From Phaeosaccion multiseriatum (Eukaryota; Protista; Ochrophyta, other classes), in NCBI GenBank assembly GCA_965112735.1, contig OZ218959.1:2976001-3040000 (forward strand): DNA of 64,000 bases, read 5' to 3'. Shown here one piece after another: positions 51,399-62,644 of this stretch. Under the pieces are notes generated by a model that saw only the letters and a program-made list of their open reading frames with translations, had not been told where the DNA came from and did not search any database. The position numbers were made by a program, and so were the translations under genes. How positions within the stretch are numbered: the stretch's first letter is position 1; every line of letters starts with the position of its first letter.

Positions 51399-52086
51399 TG
51401 GAGAAATAACAGCACTCACATGTTGTCGTCGAGCTTGGCCATGGTGGCAGCGATGCGTGTGTAAGACTCAGGCAGCACCTCGGCATTGCCATAAGTGTTG
51501 TCTGTGCGCAGGCCCAGCGTCCACGAGTCGAAGCTCTGGGCAGGAACACCGAGTTTGTTCAACACAGCAGCCATCATCCTGACTGACATACGTTCACCGA
51601 AGGACACCAAAGTGTCCAGTGATCTGGGGGGAGAGGAGGGAGGGAGGGTGGGAGGAAAGGTAGGGGTCCCGGGTGGGGGTGGATGGGGAGAGGGAGGGAG
51701 CGCAAGGGGGTGAAGGGGGGGGGGGGTGCGTGAGTGAGTGGGTGAGGGTGGGTGGGAGGTGGGTGGGAGGGAGGGAGGGAGGGAGGGAGGGAGGGAGGGA
51801 GGGAGGGAGGGAACGAAATCGTACCAATTACGTTACCCCTTTCGTACCTCGGACTGAGCTCCTTGAGGTAAGTCACCCCCGTGAGAAGGCCCTCGAGCTC
51901 CTCAATGAGGCTCTCAATGTCGGCCTTCACGTGCTTGCCCAGATCGAGCTGCTCTACAGTCACGAGGTGGAGGGTGCGGATGGCGTCGATGTACACTTTG
52001 CCGTCTTCTAGGGCGAACTTGCCGGCATTGAGCTGGTGGGGATGGCAGTGGATGGGAGGGGATGGGATGGTAGTGGATGGGGTCAG

Positions 52087-52118
<32 letters not shown>

Positions 52119-53527
52119 GATCATATGTTGTGTCAACGAGTGAGTGTGGGTGGGTGGGTGGATGGGTGTTCGAAGTTGTCGGGGGAGGTCAGGCAATGAG
52201 CGAAGGGACTGGGCAGTCGCAGTGCAAAACTATGGTGTTTCTAGGCCCCTGGGGGGAGGGCAGGGGAAGGAAGAAAGGAAGGAAGCAGCGAAGAGACTCT
52301 GCCAATCACTATTGCCGTTTGGGGTCTCTCTTGCTCTCGAGCACCACACAACTTTGCCCAACACACTTCAGATATCTTCACTCACCAAGTTGTTGGTGGT
52401 CTTGCCCATAGCACTGCACACCATGGTGGGCCTATCCCCCTGCTCAATCAGGGTCTTTACGAGGTTGCCCACCTCCATCAGCCGTTCGCCTGGGGGCCGG
52501 GCCAGGAATGGGTGCAGGACAAGTGGCATTCGCAATGAGGCCGAGAGAGAGAGAGAGAGAGAGCGAGAGAAAGAGAGAGCGAACAGATTTAGGTCCGCAG
52601 CATCGCACACTCACGAAAGCGGGGAGGGTAGTGGGTGGGATGCAGGAGAAAGAATGAAGGGCCCAAAGAATGAATGGCCCAAAGTTTCTCTCCAGGCAGA
52701 TTTGTGCACCCGTGCAGAGTCATGGCCCAACGACCCTCCCTCTCTTCTCTATCTCCCTCTCTCCCTTCCTAACCCACCCGTGGCGAGCGAAGATCCTCCA
52801 AATTTGATAACGGTCCTCAGCGTTTGTTCGCTCTCGCTCCCAGTACCCTTGAAAGGGTTGCTCATTCTCATATCTCCGATCCTCTGTACGCTCGCCTCCA
52901 CCTCGTCCACTGCCAAGTCTCCTGCACCACTGCCGGACTCATCATCGTGGTCTCTCTCTACTGTCATCGTGGCTCCAGCTGCCTCTCCCTGCCCCGCTGC
53001 TTCGCCTTGAGCAGAAGCTGACAAGGCCGTGGCGGGCTGGGACGGCGATGCCGGCGAGGAAGAAGACGAAGAGGGCGACAATGATGACGATGGTGTTTCT
53101 GACATTAGGAGAGGAGCACTACTTCTCCTCGCCCATCGACTGTTGCTGCTGCTGGTGCTGGTGATACTAATTTTGCTGGTGATGCTGCTGGTGGTGCCCA
53201 CCCTGCCACTCGCACTGGGCTGGCCCCTTTGCTGCTGATGTTGCTTGTTGTGCCGGCTACATTCAAGACAAAAAGACAGTTGCCAAAGGGAGGAGGGAGG
53301 AGGGCATGCAATTCCAAGACGTGAGAAAAAAGCAAGACAACAATCGGGGTGAAGTCAAGGATCGGCGACAGCCTATGGGCCGCAAGCCGCTTGGGGGCGC
53401 TAAGCAGACTGAAGGACGTGCCTCACCTTGCAACATGTCCGCTGCTGCCTGGGTTAAAGGCGAACGGAAGAGCCGCGGGAAGCAGTAGCAATGCCACTAC
53501 TGGCGCGAGGAAGGACGACGAAGGCAT
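49226..53527 (-). CDS. lysC: Aspartate kinase (monofunctional, two ACT domains) with a bipartite plastid-targeting presequence, about 10 exons
   Basis: VIKFGGSSLA, CSAMGKTTN, VSFGERMS, TTLGRGGSDLTA, VWKDVDGMMTADPR, EAAELAYFGAKILHP, RMLGQYGFL...VDMVATSEVSIS, MLSQGASKVNVS; exon 1 MPSSSFLAPVVALLLLPAALPFAFNP splices in frame to a Ser/Arg-rich transit peptide. Confidence 0.95.
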
Positions 53528-53973
53528 CGTCACCCCAGGACTCGACGGCTAAACCCTCCAAAGATCGTCCCAGATTGAAGCTGGAAAAAACAGAAATAGA
53601 AATAGACACGGAGAGAGAGATAGATACGTACAGCAAGCGAGAAGGGGAGCAATGCAGAGTCGTATACTCCTTTCTCGTAGCAACTTGCCCGTCGCAACAA
53701 GTAACACCACAAAGGGAAGTCCGGAACGGAAGATTTGTGGCGCGCCAGCAATCCCAACCCACCGGGGTCATTGACATACATTCTCCGACGGCATGTCTTG
53801 GTTTTTTCACGCTCCGAAGGCGGCGGTTTCAGAAAGGTCGCCCGGTCGGTCCCCGTCGCCCCCGCCAGGGCTCAAGGGCAACCCCCAATTCAGTTGGAGA
53901 GTTGAAGAAAGTAACAACGATGGAATAGCCGCCGTGTAATAGCTGCCCTGCAGCACTCCTCACAAGCCGTACG

Positions 53974-56900
53974 ATGCGGGCACTGTCTATTGTATTGTCC
54001 GTGGCCTATGGGATATACCTTTCGGTGCTGCTTCCCAAGGCGTCGTGGTTGTGGAGATGTAAAGACATCCCGCTCATCCGGGCGAGGTTCCCGGGCCTTA
54101 CTCTCTGCCATACTCTGTACCTCATTGTCTCAACGGGATTGATTCTGCTTGCCGAGGTGCGGCGACTCGAGGAGGCCACCTTCTCCTGCAGCTACGTTGT
54201 GATGATGTCGTGGGTCGGCTTTACTGGAGTGGGTGAGTCGAGTGGTGATCACGGGCCAGCGTGAGGCTGAGGAGGGGGGCGATGGAGGTTACTGTCTAGG
54301 CTGCAAGAAACCAACGTCGCTTTCCAGGATGGCTATCGTCCCTGCCTTTACAGCGACTGAACAACAAGGCACTCCCTTCCTCTCTCTCCGCCTTCTTACG
54401 CACCTCCACCCGTCCGCCCCTCCTGCCTCTTTTCATTGTCGTTGTTGGTGTTGCTCTCAGCCATGCCATTCATTATGCGGGGGGTGAAAATGGTTGTGGC
54501 AACCGGCTCTCCTGAGACTCGGGACAAGTACCAATACATGCTGAACCCAATGTGGGCTTGGAAGGTGGTTGTCGGATCTACCATGGTCACTGTACCCATC
54601 ACCATTTCGGTGATCCTTTCGAAACCCCTCGTCATGAACGACGGCCCTGACGCTCTTTGCTACATGTTTCAGCCTTGGGCTTTCTTTGCCATTGCCACCA
54701 TGGCGTTCACTGGCGTGGTCTTTGTGTGGGTGGAGGCAGTGTACGATTCCACAGATGATTTGTTTCTCGGACAGGAGCTGCTTGTCTACTGCGTCCTCGT
54801 TGGTGGCCTTGGCGGTATGTTCTTTACGTTCCGCATTGTTACAGACCTCATGGAGGGCTTTTCCACCTCAACGAGCGTCAACCTCCTCTTTGCAGCGTTT
54901 TGTGCCGTGACTCCCATCCTGACGTTGTTTTGGTACGGGGATTTGCGCTGGGTGAAGGACTCCACTGTCCGAGCGCGAATGCTTAAGCCGAGACTCGAAT
55001 GTAGCAGCACCACGAACGTCCGCACGGTCCAAGTGCTTCCCGAGGGAGGGGCACCTACCAACCTCAAGGATGAAAGCGTCTTTTGCGACACCAAAGCCAT
55101 TCTGGAGAACGCTGAAATGGCGGCGCTGTTTGAGGAGTTCCTTCGGCGGGCCATATGCATCGAGAATCTCGATTTCCTTCGGGCAGTGGAGCAGTACGAG
55201 GAGGCACTTGCCGCGGGAAAAGGAAGAGGCACAGCCCTTCAGCAGCAGGAGAAGCAGGAGCAAGGACGAGAGGGAGAGAACGAGGCGGTGCTTATCGCTG
55301 CAAGAGGAGGAGGCACAGCCCTTCAGCAGCAGGAGAAGCAGGAGCAAGGACGAGAGGGAGAGAACGAGGCGGCGCTTATCACTGGAGAAGGAAAAGGCAC
55401 AGCCCTTCAGCAGCAGGAGAAGCAGGAGCAAGGACGAGAGGGAGAGAACGAGGCGGTGCTTATCACTGGAGAGGGAAGAGGCACAGCCCTTCCGCAGCAG
55501 GAGAAGCAGGAGCAAGGACGAGAGGGAGAGAACGAGGCGGCGCTTATCACTGGAGAAGGAAGAGGCACAGCCCTTCCGCAGCAGGAGAAGCAGGAGCAAG
55601 GACGAGAGGGAGAGAACGAGGCTGCGCTTATCGCTGCAAGAGGAGAAGGCACAGCCCTTCAGCCCCAGGAGAAGCAGGAGCAAGGACGAGAGGTGGAGAG
55701 GCCTACGGGGGAGAGCACAGCTCTCCATACCATGTACGAAGACATCTGCCTCACGTACGTGAAGCGGTTCTCCGACTTGGAGGTGAACCTCGACTCAAGT
55801 ATGCGTGCCAAGACAATGGAGCTCATGGATAAGGAGGTCTTCTGCAGCAGCGACAAGGTAAGAAGTAAGACAAAGAGAGTGAAGAGGACCGTACGCGAGC
55901 AGGCGTTCATGCATGGCCACGGGCAGCGCAGGGTAGCACCGTCATCGCTCGCGCAGTGTCAGCCTGACTCCCACTACATCCCCCCTTCGCTCCCCACCCC
56001 AGGCGGAAGACAGGTTGCAGGTATTCGATGCTGCTGTGACGGAGGTGCATGCGATGCTGGACAAAGACTTCGTCCCCAAGTTCAAGACCACCCCGGATTA
56101 TCAGAGGGCGCTGTCGGACTTGGAGAGCGGCCACGGAAGGGTCAGGAAGCCTCGTCCTCATCATAAGAGAAGGAACATCGGAAGGTTGAACAAGGCATCC
56201 AAGACGTCGACGAAGATTGCCCCAGCACCAGTAGCAGTTGGTGATACCGCAGGTAAGCAATCACAGGCCTGTACGCTTGGTTCATAGTTTTGCATGTTAC
56301 CTCAAATGATAACCATCCGAAATCTCCCCCTCTTTCTCGACGCTAAGCCTCGCTCTCCCTTCGCTCCTTCCTCCTCCCCTCGCTTGCACTCCGCACGGCC
56401 TCTCATCTTTTCGCGACCTTTCGGCCCTCCGTCTCGCAACAACAAGAACAAAGACGTGTTCAAGCTTTCGAAGCCTTCCCCGAAACCGCCAGGGTGCGCA
56501 AGCCTAAGGCGCAAAGGGGGAACCTTGCCCTCCCCCCCCCGAAACGCCGAGGTGGTGGTCGAGCAAGCTTAGAGCCTGCGACGACACCAGATGGTGGTGA
56601 AGCAAGCTCAAAGCCGTCTACCGTAGCAGACGGTGGTGGCGAGGTGAGTGGCCAGACGGAGAGCGGTGAAGTAGGCCTCGAGCCGGGGCCTCAGGCTGCA
56701 GCACCTGCTGGCGACGGTGATGGCAGTGGCAGTAGTAAGGAGACCAGTAAGGCCGGGTTAGAGCTTGCGACGGCAGAAAATGGTGGCGGAGATGCCGAGG
56801 GCCAGACGAAGAGCACCGACGAGAACCAGAAGAAGCGCGCCGAGGCCCGGCCAAAGCGTGCGACGGCTGCACCTGTACCTGCTGGCGGCGATGGAGACGC

Positions 56901-57435
56901 CGAGCAGGAGGAGAGCAAATCGAAAGAGGAGGGCACCGAGTCCAAGAAGTCCGAGAATGTCAGGGGCGTTTCAGTCGTCACGCAGGAGCCAGCAGACGGT
57001 GGTGGCGAGGTGAGTGGCCAGACGGAGAGCGGTGAAGCAGGCCTCGAGCCTGGGCCTCAGGCTACAGCACCTGCTGGCGACGGTGATGGCAGTGGCAGTA
57101 GTAAGGAGACCAGTAAGGCCGGGTTAGAGCTTGCGACGGCAGAAAATGGTGGCGGAGATGCCGAGGGCCAGACGAAGAGCACCGACGAGGACCAGAAGAA
57201 GCGCGCCGAGGCCCGGCCAAAGCGTGCGACGGCTGCACCTGTACCTGCTGGCGGCGATGGAGACGCCGAGCAGGAGGAGAGCAAATCGAAAGAGGAGGCC
57301 ACCGAGTCCAAGAAGTCCGAGAATGTCAGGGGCGCTTCCGTCGTCACGCAGGAGCCAGCAACAGCCCGGTCGGCGCCCGTGCAAAGAGGGAGCCTTGCCC
57401 TCCCTCCCCCGAAACGCCGCAACCGCGACGTCTGA
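53974..57435 (+). CDS. 7TM-RGS protein (multi-pass membrane region plus regulator of G-protein signalling domain) with a long repetitive C-terminal tail; exons about 53974-54232, 54461-55857, 56003-56252, 56348-57435
   Basis: About seven hydrophobic segments, then LFEEFLRRAICIENLDFLRAVEQY ... ICLTYVKRFSDLEVNLDS ... VFDAAVTEVHAMLDKDFVPKFKTTPDY (RGS); splice phases checked and in frame; linkage of the last exon is inferred. Confidence 0.8.
55228..55700 (+). repeat. 84-bp (28-aa) coding tandem repeat, five full copies plus a partial sixth, inside the RGS domain
   Basis: ggcacagccctt starts at 55228, 55312, 55396, 55480, 55564 and 55648. Confidence 0.95.
56625..57360 (+). repeat. 366-bp near-identical coding tandem duplication
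   Basis: agcagacggtggtggcgagg at 56625 and 56991; 122-aa repeat in ORF 56494-57435. Confidence 0.95.
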
Positions 57436-58072
57436 AGGGCTATCAAACAATGGGGGGGGGGAGACGCGCGCTCTGAGAAGGGCTGTCAAGGAACGGGGAA
57501 AGGCAGAGAGAGAGAGTGGGGGCAGGGGCTGGGGGCAATCGGGCAAGCATATGGGCGTGCAATAGGGTTCTATCCGCCGACTCCAAACACAGCACCAGCC
57601 CCAAGTGCTTCTTGTAAGCGAACGTGGAGGGCTTTTCGAGCGTTGGATGTCGGGGGGGGGGGGGGGGACTGGGTATCTCAGTCCAGTGATGTAGTTGTGG
57701 GGTTCAAAATGGAGGTCCTTGTGTTTCAGTTTGCTAGTAGTCATGGCATCCGACCGAGAGGACGGAGAGAGGGGACTAGACGTACAATGATATCTCTAAG
57801 ATAGAACCCTTGTGGTCTACAACAACAGCAGACAATCACAGACAAGTGACAAATGAACAAGGGGGGGGAATAATATTGGGGCAGGTATCGCCGATAGATC
57901 AGCTATCGGCCCTTCGGGCCCATTCTCACTAGCCCTTACTACCATGGAATTGTGCTCATGACGCTCGCATGACGCTCATGACACTCGAGATAATTAGCAC
58001 ACGGAGCAAGATTACTCGCACATGGCATTCGACTTTCCTTTCTTTCGGGCCCAGGGCCCAGCTATACCCTCC

Positions 58073-58198
58073 TCAACCCCTGATACACTATCGCCCACAT
58101 TCTCGATAGCGCGCTATCGGGCCCCGGGGGGGCGGATAGCGCGCCGGGTGCCGGCTGCGACGGCGATAGCGGATAGCGGATAGTGTATCAGGGGTTGA
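58073..58198. mobile_element. 126-bp MITE-like element with perfect 20-bp terminal inverted repeats and a 6-bp target-site duplication
   Basis: TCAACCCCTGATACACTATC (58073-58092) / GATAGTGTATCAGGGGTTGA (58179-58198); CCCTCC on both sides (58067-58072, 58199-58204). Confidence 0.8.
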
Positions 58199-58343
58199 CC
58201 CTCCCACCCCCTCTCTCGACCTCTCCTCCTACAGAGTGGTGTGTGTCTACCTATAGCGCGCTATTGGGCTCGAAAGGCAAATAGCGCAGCTTTCGGCGTA
58301 GACTCAACAGCGCGTCAGGGGGCGAACAATGTATCAATTGATG

Positions 58344-58537
58344 GACCCCTGACGCACTATCGCCAACATTCTCGACAGCGTGCTATCGGGCCCCGGGGGG
58401 GCGGATAGCGCGCAATAGCGGATAGCGGATCGGCTGGCACCGGCGATAGCGGACAGCGTGCCGGCTGTTGCCGGCGATAGCGGACAGCGCGCCGGCTGGC
58501 GCCGGCATAGCGGATAGCGGATAGTGCGTCAGGGGTC
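58344..58537. mobile_element. Second, longer member of the same MITE-like family with 18-bp perfect inverted repeats
   Basis: GACCCCTGACGCACTATC / GATAGTGCGTCAGGGGTC; shared internal GCTATCGGGCCCCGGGGGGGCGGATAGCGCGC; internal GATAGCG repeats; no clear TSD. Confidence 0.7.
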
Positions 58538-58866
58538 GAAAGTGAAAAATGAATCAAGTTCTCTGTAGTCCGTATGTCTAATAGTACCGTGAAGTGGGGC
58601 ACCTGCCCCACGAAATAATTGTTTTGGATATTTTATGGGCCATAAATGCTCGTTTTTCAAGTTTTTTATCCAATATTTTTTGGTTGTGGGGCATTCTCCC
58701 CCCCCTCCCCACGTGGAGTTTATTTCATTCACAGCATCAGCATATTTGCACAGTGCAGCTATGTAAGAGGAGCAGCGGCTGCGCGGACGATACCCGGCTG
58801 TAACAGCTGATGCCAGTGGTGGGAGGGGCATCTCCCACGTGAATTTGCAGGAGAACAGAGTATACC

Positions 58867-61630
58867 ATGGCTGACGTCGCTGTTGCTACGGTTCCGGAAG
58901 CACCAGCAGCAGAGGGGGAAGAAGCACCGCTTACTGCAGAGCAGCAGCAGATTCAGAACCCCCGAAACAACACCATCGCCCCACGCTCGAGAAGTGGATA
59001 TGCATGCGCCTCCACGATGCTGATCCGATACCTCTTCCGCAAGCACCCGGAGCTTCTGGACCCTGACTTCAGGACAGCATTTGCTCCACCGGAGGGGGAA
59101 GAGGAGGAAGACGGGGAAGATGGGGAAGAGGAGGAAGCACAGAGGAGAGCAGCAGCAGCCGCAGCAGCCGCCGCACCTGGCGGAGCGGGTGGTGCCACTG
59201 CAGCGGCACAGCAGACGCCGGCTGAGGTGTCGAGAGCAGCGAAAGCCCAAGCAAAGGCCAAGAAGAAGGCTGAGGCGCAGTGGACGAAGCGGGTGAAGGC
59301 ACACTTGATCCAAGCACCTCGGGCGCCGCACCCTTTGCTGTTCCATCTGCTGACAGCCGACGCGTTCTTCGGGTGGCTGCTTGAAGTCAAGAAGGGGCCG
59401 AAGGGCTTATCCAAGGCCGGTGCACAGTCGAAACGCTCTGCACTCTTCAATCTGTACAGAGACTACCATCAGGAGGAGCAGCACCGCAAATTGCAAAGCG
59501 ACCTTGCGACGCTCACCAAGGGGCTGAAGAGGACGATCGCAGGAGAGAAGCAGGAGGGAAATGTCGAAGTCAGAGAAGGGAAGGCTCCCATGCCGTTCGC
59601 TCTCTACCGCGCTCTTGCCAAAGGTAAATTCCCAGCTGTGTGGAGTCAGTGGACAGTGGAAACTAGTGGAGTGGGTGGAGACAAGTGGCTGATGCATTGA
59701 CTGCCCCCCACTCACTTCCTAGCCCTGACGCCGTCTTTGGTTGCCACTGTTTCCTTCGCTTGTGTACATCGCAGCAATGCTGAGCTCGGCAGTCTGTGAG
59801 AACGGGCACAGACAGGGCGCCTTTGGCCACCCCTTCCTCGTTCTCTCCTGGAATCTGATGTGCCGCGCCACCAACTGTGTGGAGATTTGTCTCGATCATC
59901 TCGAGTGGAAGGGGGACGCGCTCTGCGTCTATTTTGGGAAGCAAAAGGGCGACCAGCTGGGAGAGAAGGCCCGACATCCTCGCCACGTCTACGCGAATCC
60001 AATCATGCCGGAGATCTGCCCCGTCCTCGCGCTTGGTGTTTACCTCCTGAGCTTTGGTTTTGAGAAGAACGCGCTGTTCGCTGGCAACAATCAGTACGAT
60101 AGGTATTGCGGCTTCCTCAGACGTACGGCGGCGGCGAACTCGTCCATTTTGGAAGGCATGGGGCTGACTCCAGAGGACCTCGGCACTCATTCTGGGCGCA
60201 AGGGCGCTGCCTCGCACGTCACAAGCGGCTCGTCCGCTGCTCCCAACCCAATTGCTGTGCAACTTCGAATGGGATGGTCTCTTCCCGGCGTCCAGGGCAT
60301 CTACTTCAACCCCATCAATGCAGCAGATCAGTATGTGGGCCGGGCTGCCTCCGGGGCGAACATCTCAGCGAAGGAGTTTGCATTGCTTCCTCCCTTTTTT
60401 CAGCGCCTCAAGGTGGACGGCACAGCGAAGGAGGGCATTGAAGACGTGCTCGCGGGAGCCATTGTGAGCTGCTTCAGGGACGTGCCGCTGAGATTGAGGA
60501 AGGTGGCTGAATTCTGTCTTGCCAGTGTGGTGTACCACGCCGGCTTTCTGCGCAGCACTCTTCAGGAGAATCACCCTCTTTTCACGACACAGCTCTTCCG
60601 AGATCAAAGGTTGCTGGCGGACCTTTCAGAGCATGTCGTGCTGAAGTATCCGGACGAGACGGACGAGATTTCTGCAACCGGGATTCCTCCCCACGTCGTG
60701 CAGCTGAGGCAATTCCAAGTCGTGGCGGACAGCGTGGCCTCTCTAGGCGGCAAGCTTGAGGTGTTGGGCCAGACGATCAAGGTCGACTTGGAGACGCTGA
60801 TCCGTGACGTTCTGGAGGAGAATGCACAGGCCTCTGGCACTGTCACCAGTCTGGGTGTGAGCAGGGCCCTGCAGACGACCCTCGACGCAGCCTTTTCTAA
60901 GAGTGGGCTCAGCGACCTTCTCGCGGCTCACCAGGCAGGCACTCTGGGCCTTGGTGAGGGTTCGAGCAGCGCCCCGCCCTCTTCTTCTTCTTGTGCAGGT
61001 GCAGATCAGCCACCTCTGTATCTCTACAACGGCCGGTGGCATACCCTTCCCGAGCACTTTGAGGTCCCTAGCTTCACTGTGCGCGCTGCTTGGGATGCTT
61101 GGATGACAGGCACTCCTCGCCTTCGAGAATTCACGACAGCAGACGTGCAGGGGAGGGCGGAGAAGCGAAGGATGTCAAAATTTTGCTGTTTGATGGGTGC
61201 GATTGAATCCGCGGCGAAAGAAAAGGGGCTCTGGAAGGACAAGCCGACGCTTGAAGAAGCGCGAAGCATGTTTGACGCAGTCAAAGACGCCTTTGACATC
61301 AAGTCTCGTTCTGATTCTCACAAGCGCCGCTTCAATCAGCTGGTGTGGACCACCGTGTATATTTTATGGAGCGCGCAGCAGGCGGACGCGAAAAAACGGG
61401 CGAAGCGGGCGAGGGCGAAGGAAAGTGGCACTGGTGCAGACGAGTCGAAGGAGGGGGATGGAGGTGATAGCGGTGCAGAGGACGACGAGGAGGGAGGTGG
61501 CAGCAGCAATGCTGCTGCTGCTGCTGCTGCTGCAACAGGAGGAGGCGGAGCCGGAGGAGGACGAGGAGGAAGGGGTGGGGGAAGGGGGGCCCAAAAAAAA
61601 ACAGCGTACTGGTACTGGTACTGCTTCTGA
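58867..61630 (+). CDS. Crypton tyrosine recombinase with a GCR1_C-like C-terminal domain; intron 59624-59774; probably continues by +1 frameshift to 61919
   Basis: Catalytic-type motifs WNLMCR, KQKGDQ, HVYANP..PEICP, GTHSGRKG, LRMGW, VQGIY, ADQYVGR; TVRAAWDAWMTG...KRRMSKF; gtaaat/gcag intron preserves the frame. Confidence 0.88.
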
Positions 61631-61919
61631 TGCTGCTTCTGCTGCTGCCTCTGATGCGGCCGCTGCGGCCGCTACTGCCGCTGCTGCCGCGTCAGCAGCG
61701 CCGTCGTTGGGCGGCTTGAGAGAGGGAGACATGGCCTTCACATGCTCGTATGGCTGTACTAAGCCCTCGCAAGTCAAGCTGTTCCTCTGCCCATCCGAAA
61801 GAGCGTGTGGAAACCTCGTGCACCACATGTGCACCGTCGAGTTTTGCGACAGCAAGGGTTTTGTGGAAGGCGATTTTGACTACTACTGTAAGCCATGCAT
61901 GATTGAGGACGGACACTAA
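61600..61919 (+). CDS. PHD-like (C4HC3) zinc finger ORF, likely the frameshifted C-terminus of the Crypton recombinase
   Basis: CSYGC...CPSERAC...HHMC...YYCKPC; +1 frame relative to the YR ORF across the A9 run at 61593-61601. Confidence 0.6.
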
Positions 61920-62644
61920 GTGTGTCTGTAAATATGAATACCATTGTTATCGTGGTAATACCATTATATCGTCATATCATAGCGTAGTATATTTTCCCCT
62001 GTAGCAGGGGCAGACACACACACAAAAAAAGGAGGGGGGGGGGAAGGGGCGCTACTGGTCCATATTGGGTACTGTACTAAAAATACCCACTTTTAAAAAA
62101 ATTGGGTACTAAAAATACCCACTTTCACCGAGTGGGGCATCTCGCCCCACCAAAACCGGTCATCAATAGATTATCGGGATGAACCCCTACTTTAAGTCGA
62201 TTATGTCGATATTTAATTTCGCTCCGTCCTCAAACGTTACGCTCTTCCTCTAAAACCCTCATTTAGAGAGGTAAGCACACGCAGAGGAGACTGAGCGCAG
62301 GTACGGTAAGCCCCCAGGTAGGAAGGAGAGTTGAAACTGATGTGGCAGGGAAGCGAGGATCCAATCTGGGCCAGAATCGCCCGACAAATGATCGGCGTTT
62401 CCCGTCACTTCTGAAGAGGGGCCTGCTCTTTGCTCGCTCTTTGCTGTGTAGAGTGCACAGGATATGCCAGAGCACCGAGTCATTAGGGCCTACATGGAGG
62501 AAGAGATAGAAGTCGATGCAGAAGATGCTCGCCGCCGGCCGTAGTAGAGCTGAGCTAGTGCTAAGATCCGAGGCTGATGCCCGCCTCCCCCTCCCCCGTC
62601 TTCGCTATCAATCAACAGAAAGAGGAGTATTGAACTGCTTGTCC

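Larger units (their letters stand above)
58590..62150 (+). mobile_element. Crypton (CryptonS-like) tyrosine-recombinase DNA transposon; boundaries approximate
   Basis: YR gene with AT-rich flanks and related GTGGGGC...GCCCCAC palindromes on both sides; no reverse transcriptase or DDE transposase visible. Confidence 0.75.

Noticed and set aside
56641-57020. Peptide GGEVSGQT shared between the RGS tail and DNAAF5
   Set aside because: The DNA differs (GAGGTGAGTGGCCAG versus the GGTGTCAGGACA motif); treated as coincidence
58867-61630. Interpretation as a phage integrase, DIRS retroelement or bacterial contamination
   Set aside because: It has a spliceosomal intron and Crypton-type motifs, and no RT/RNase H or phage genes are nearby
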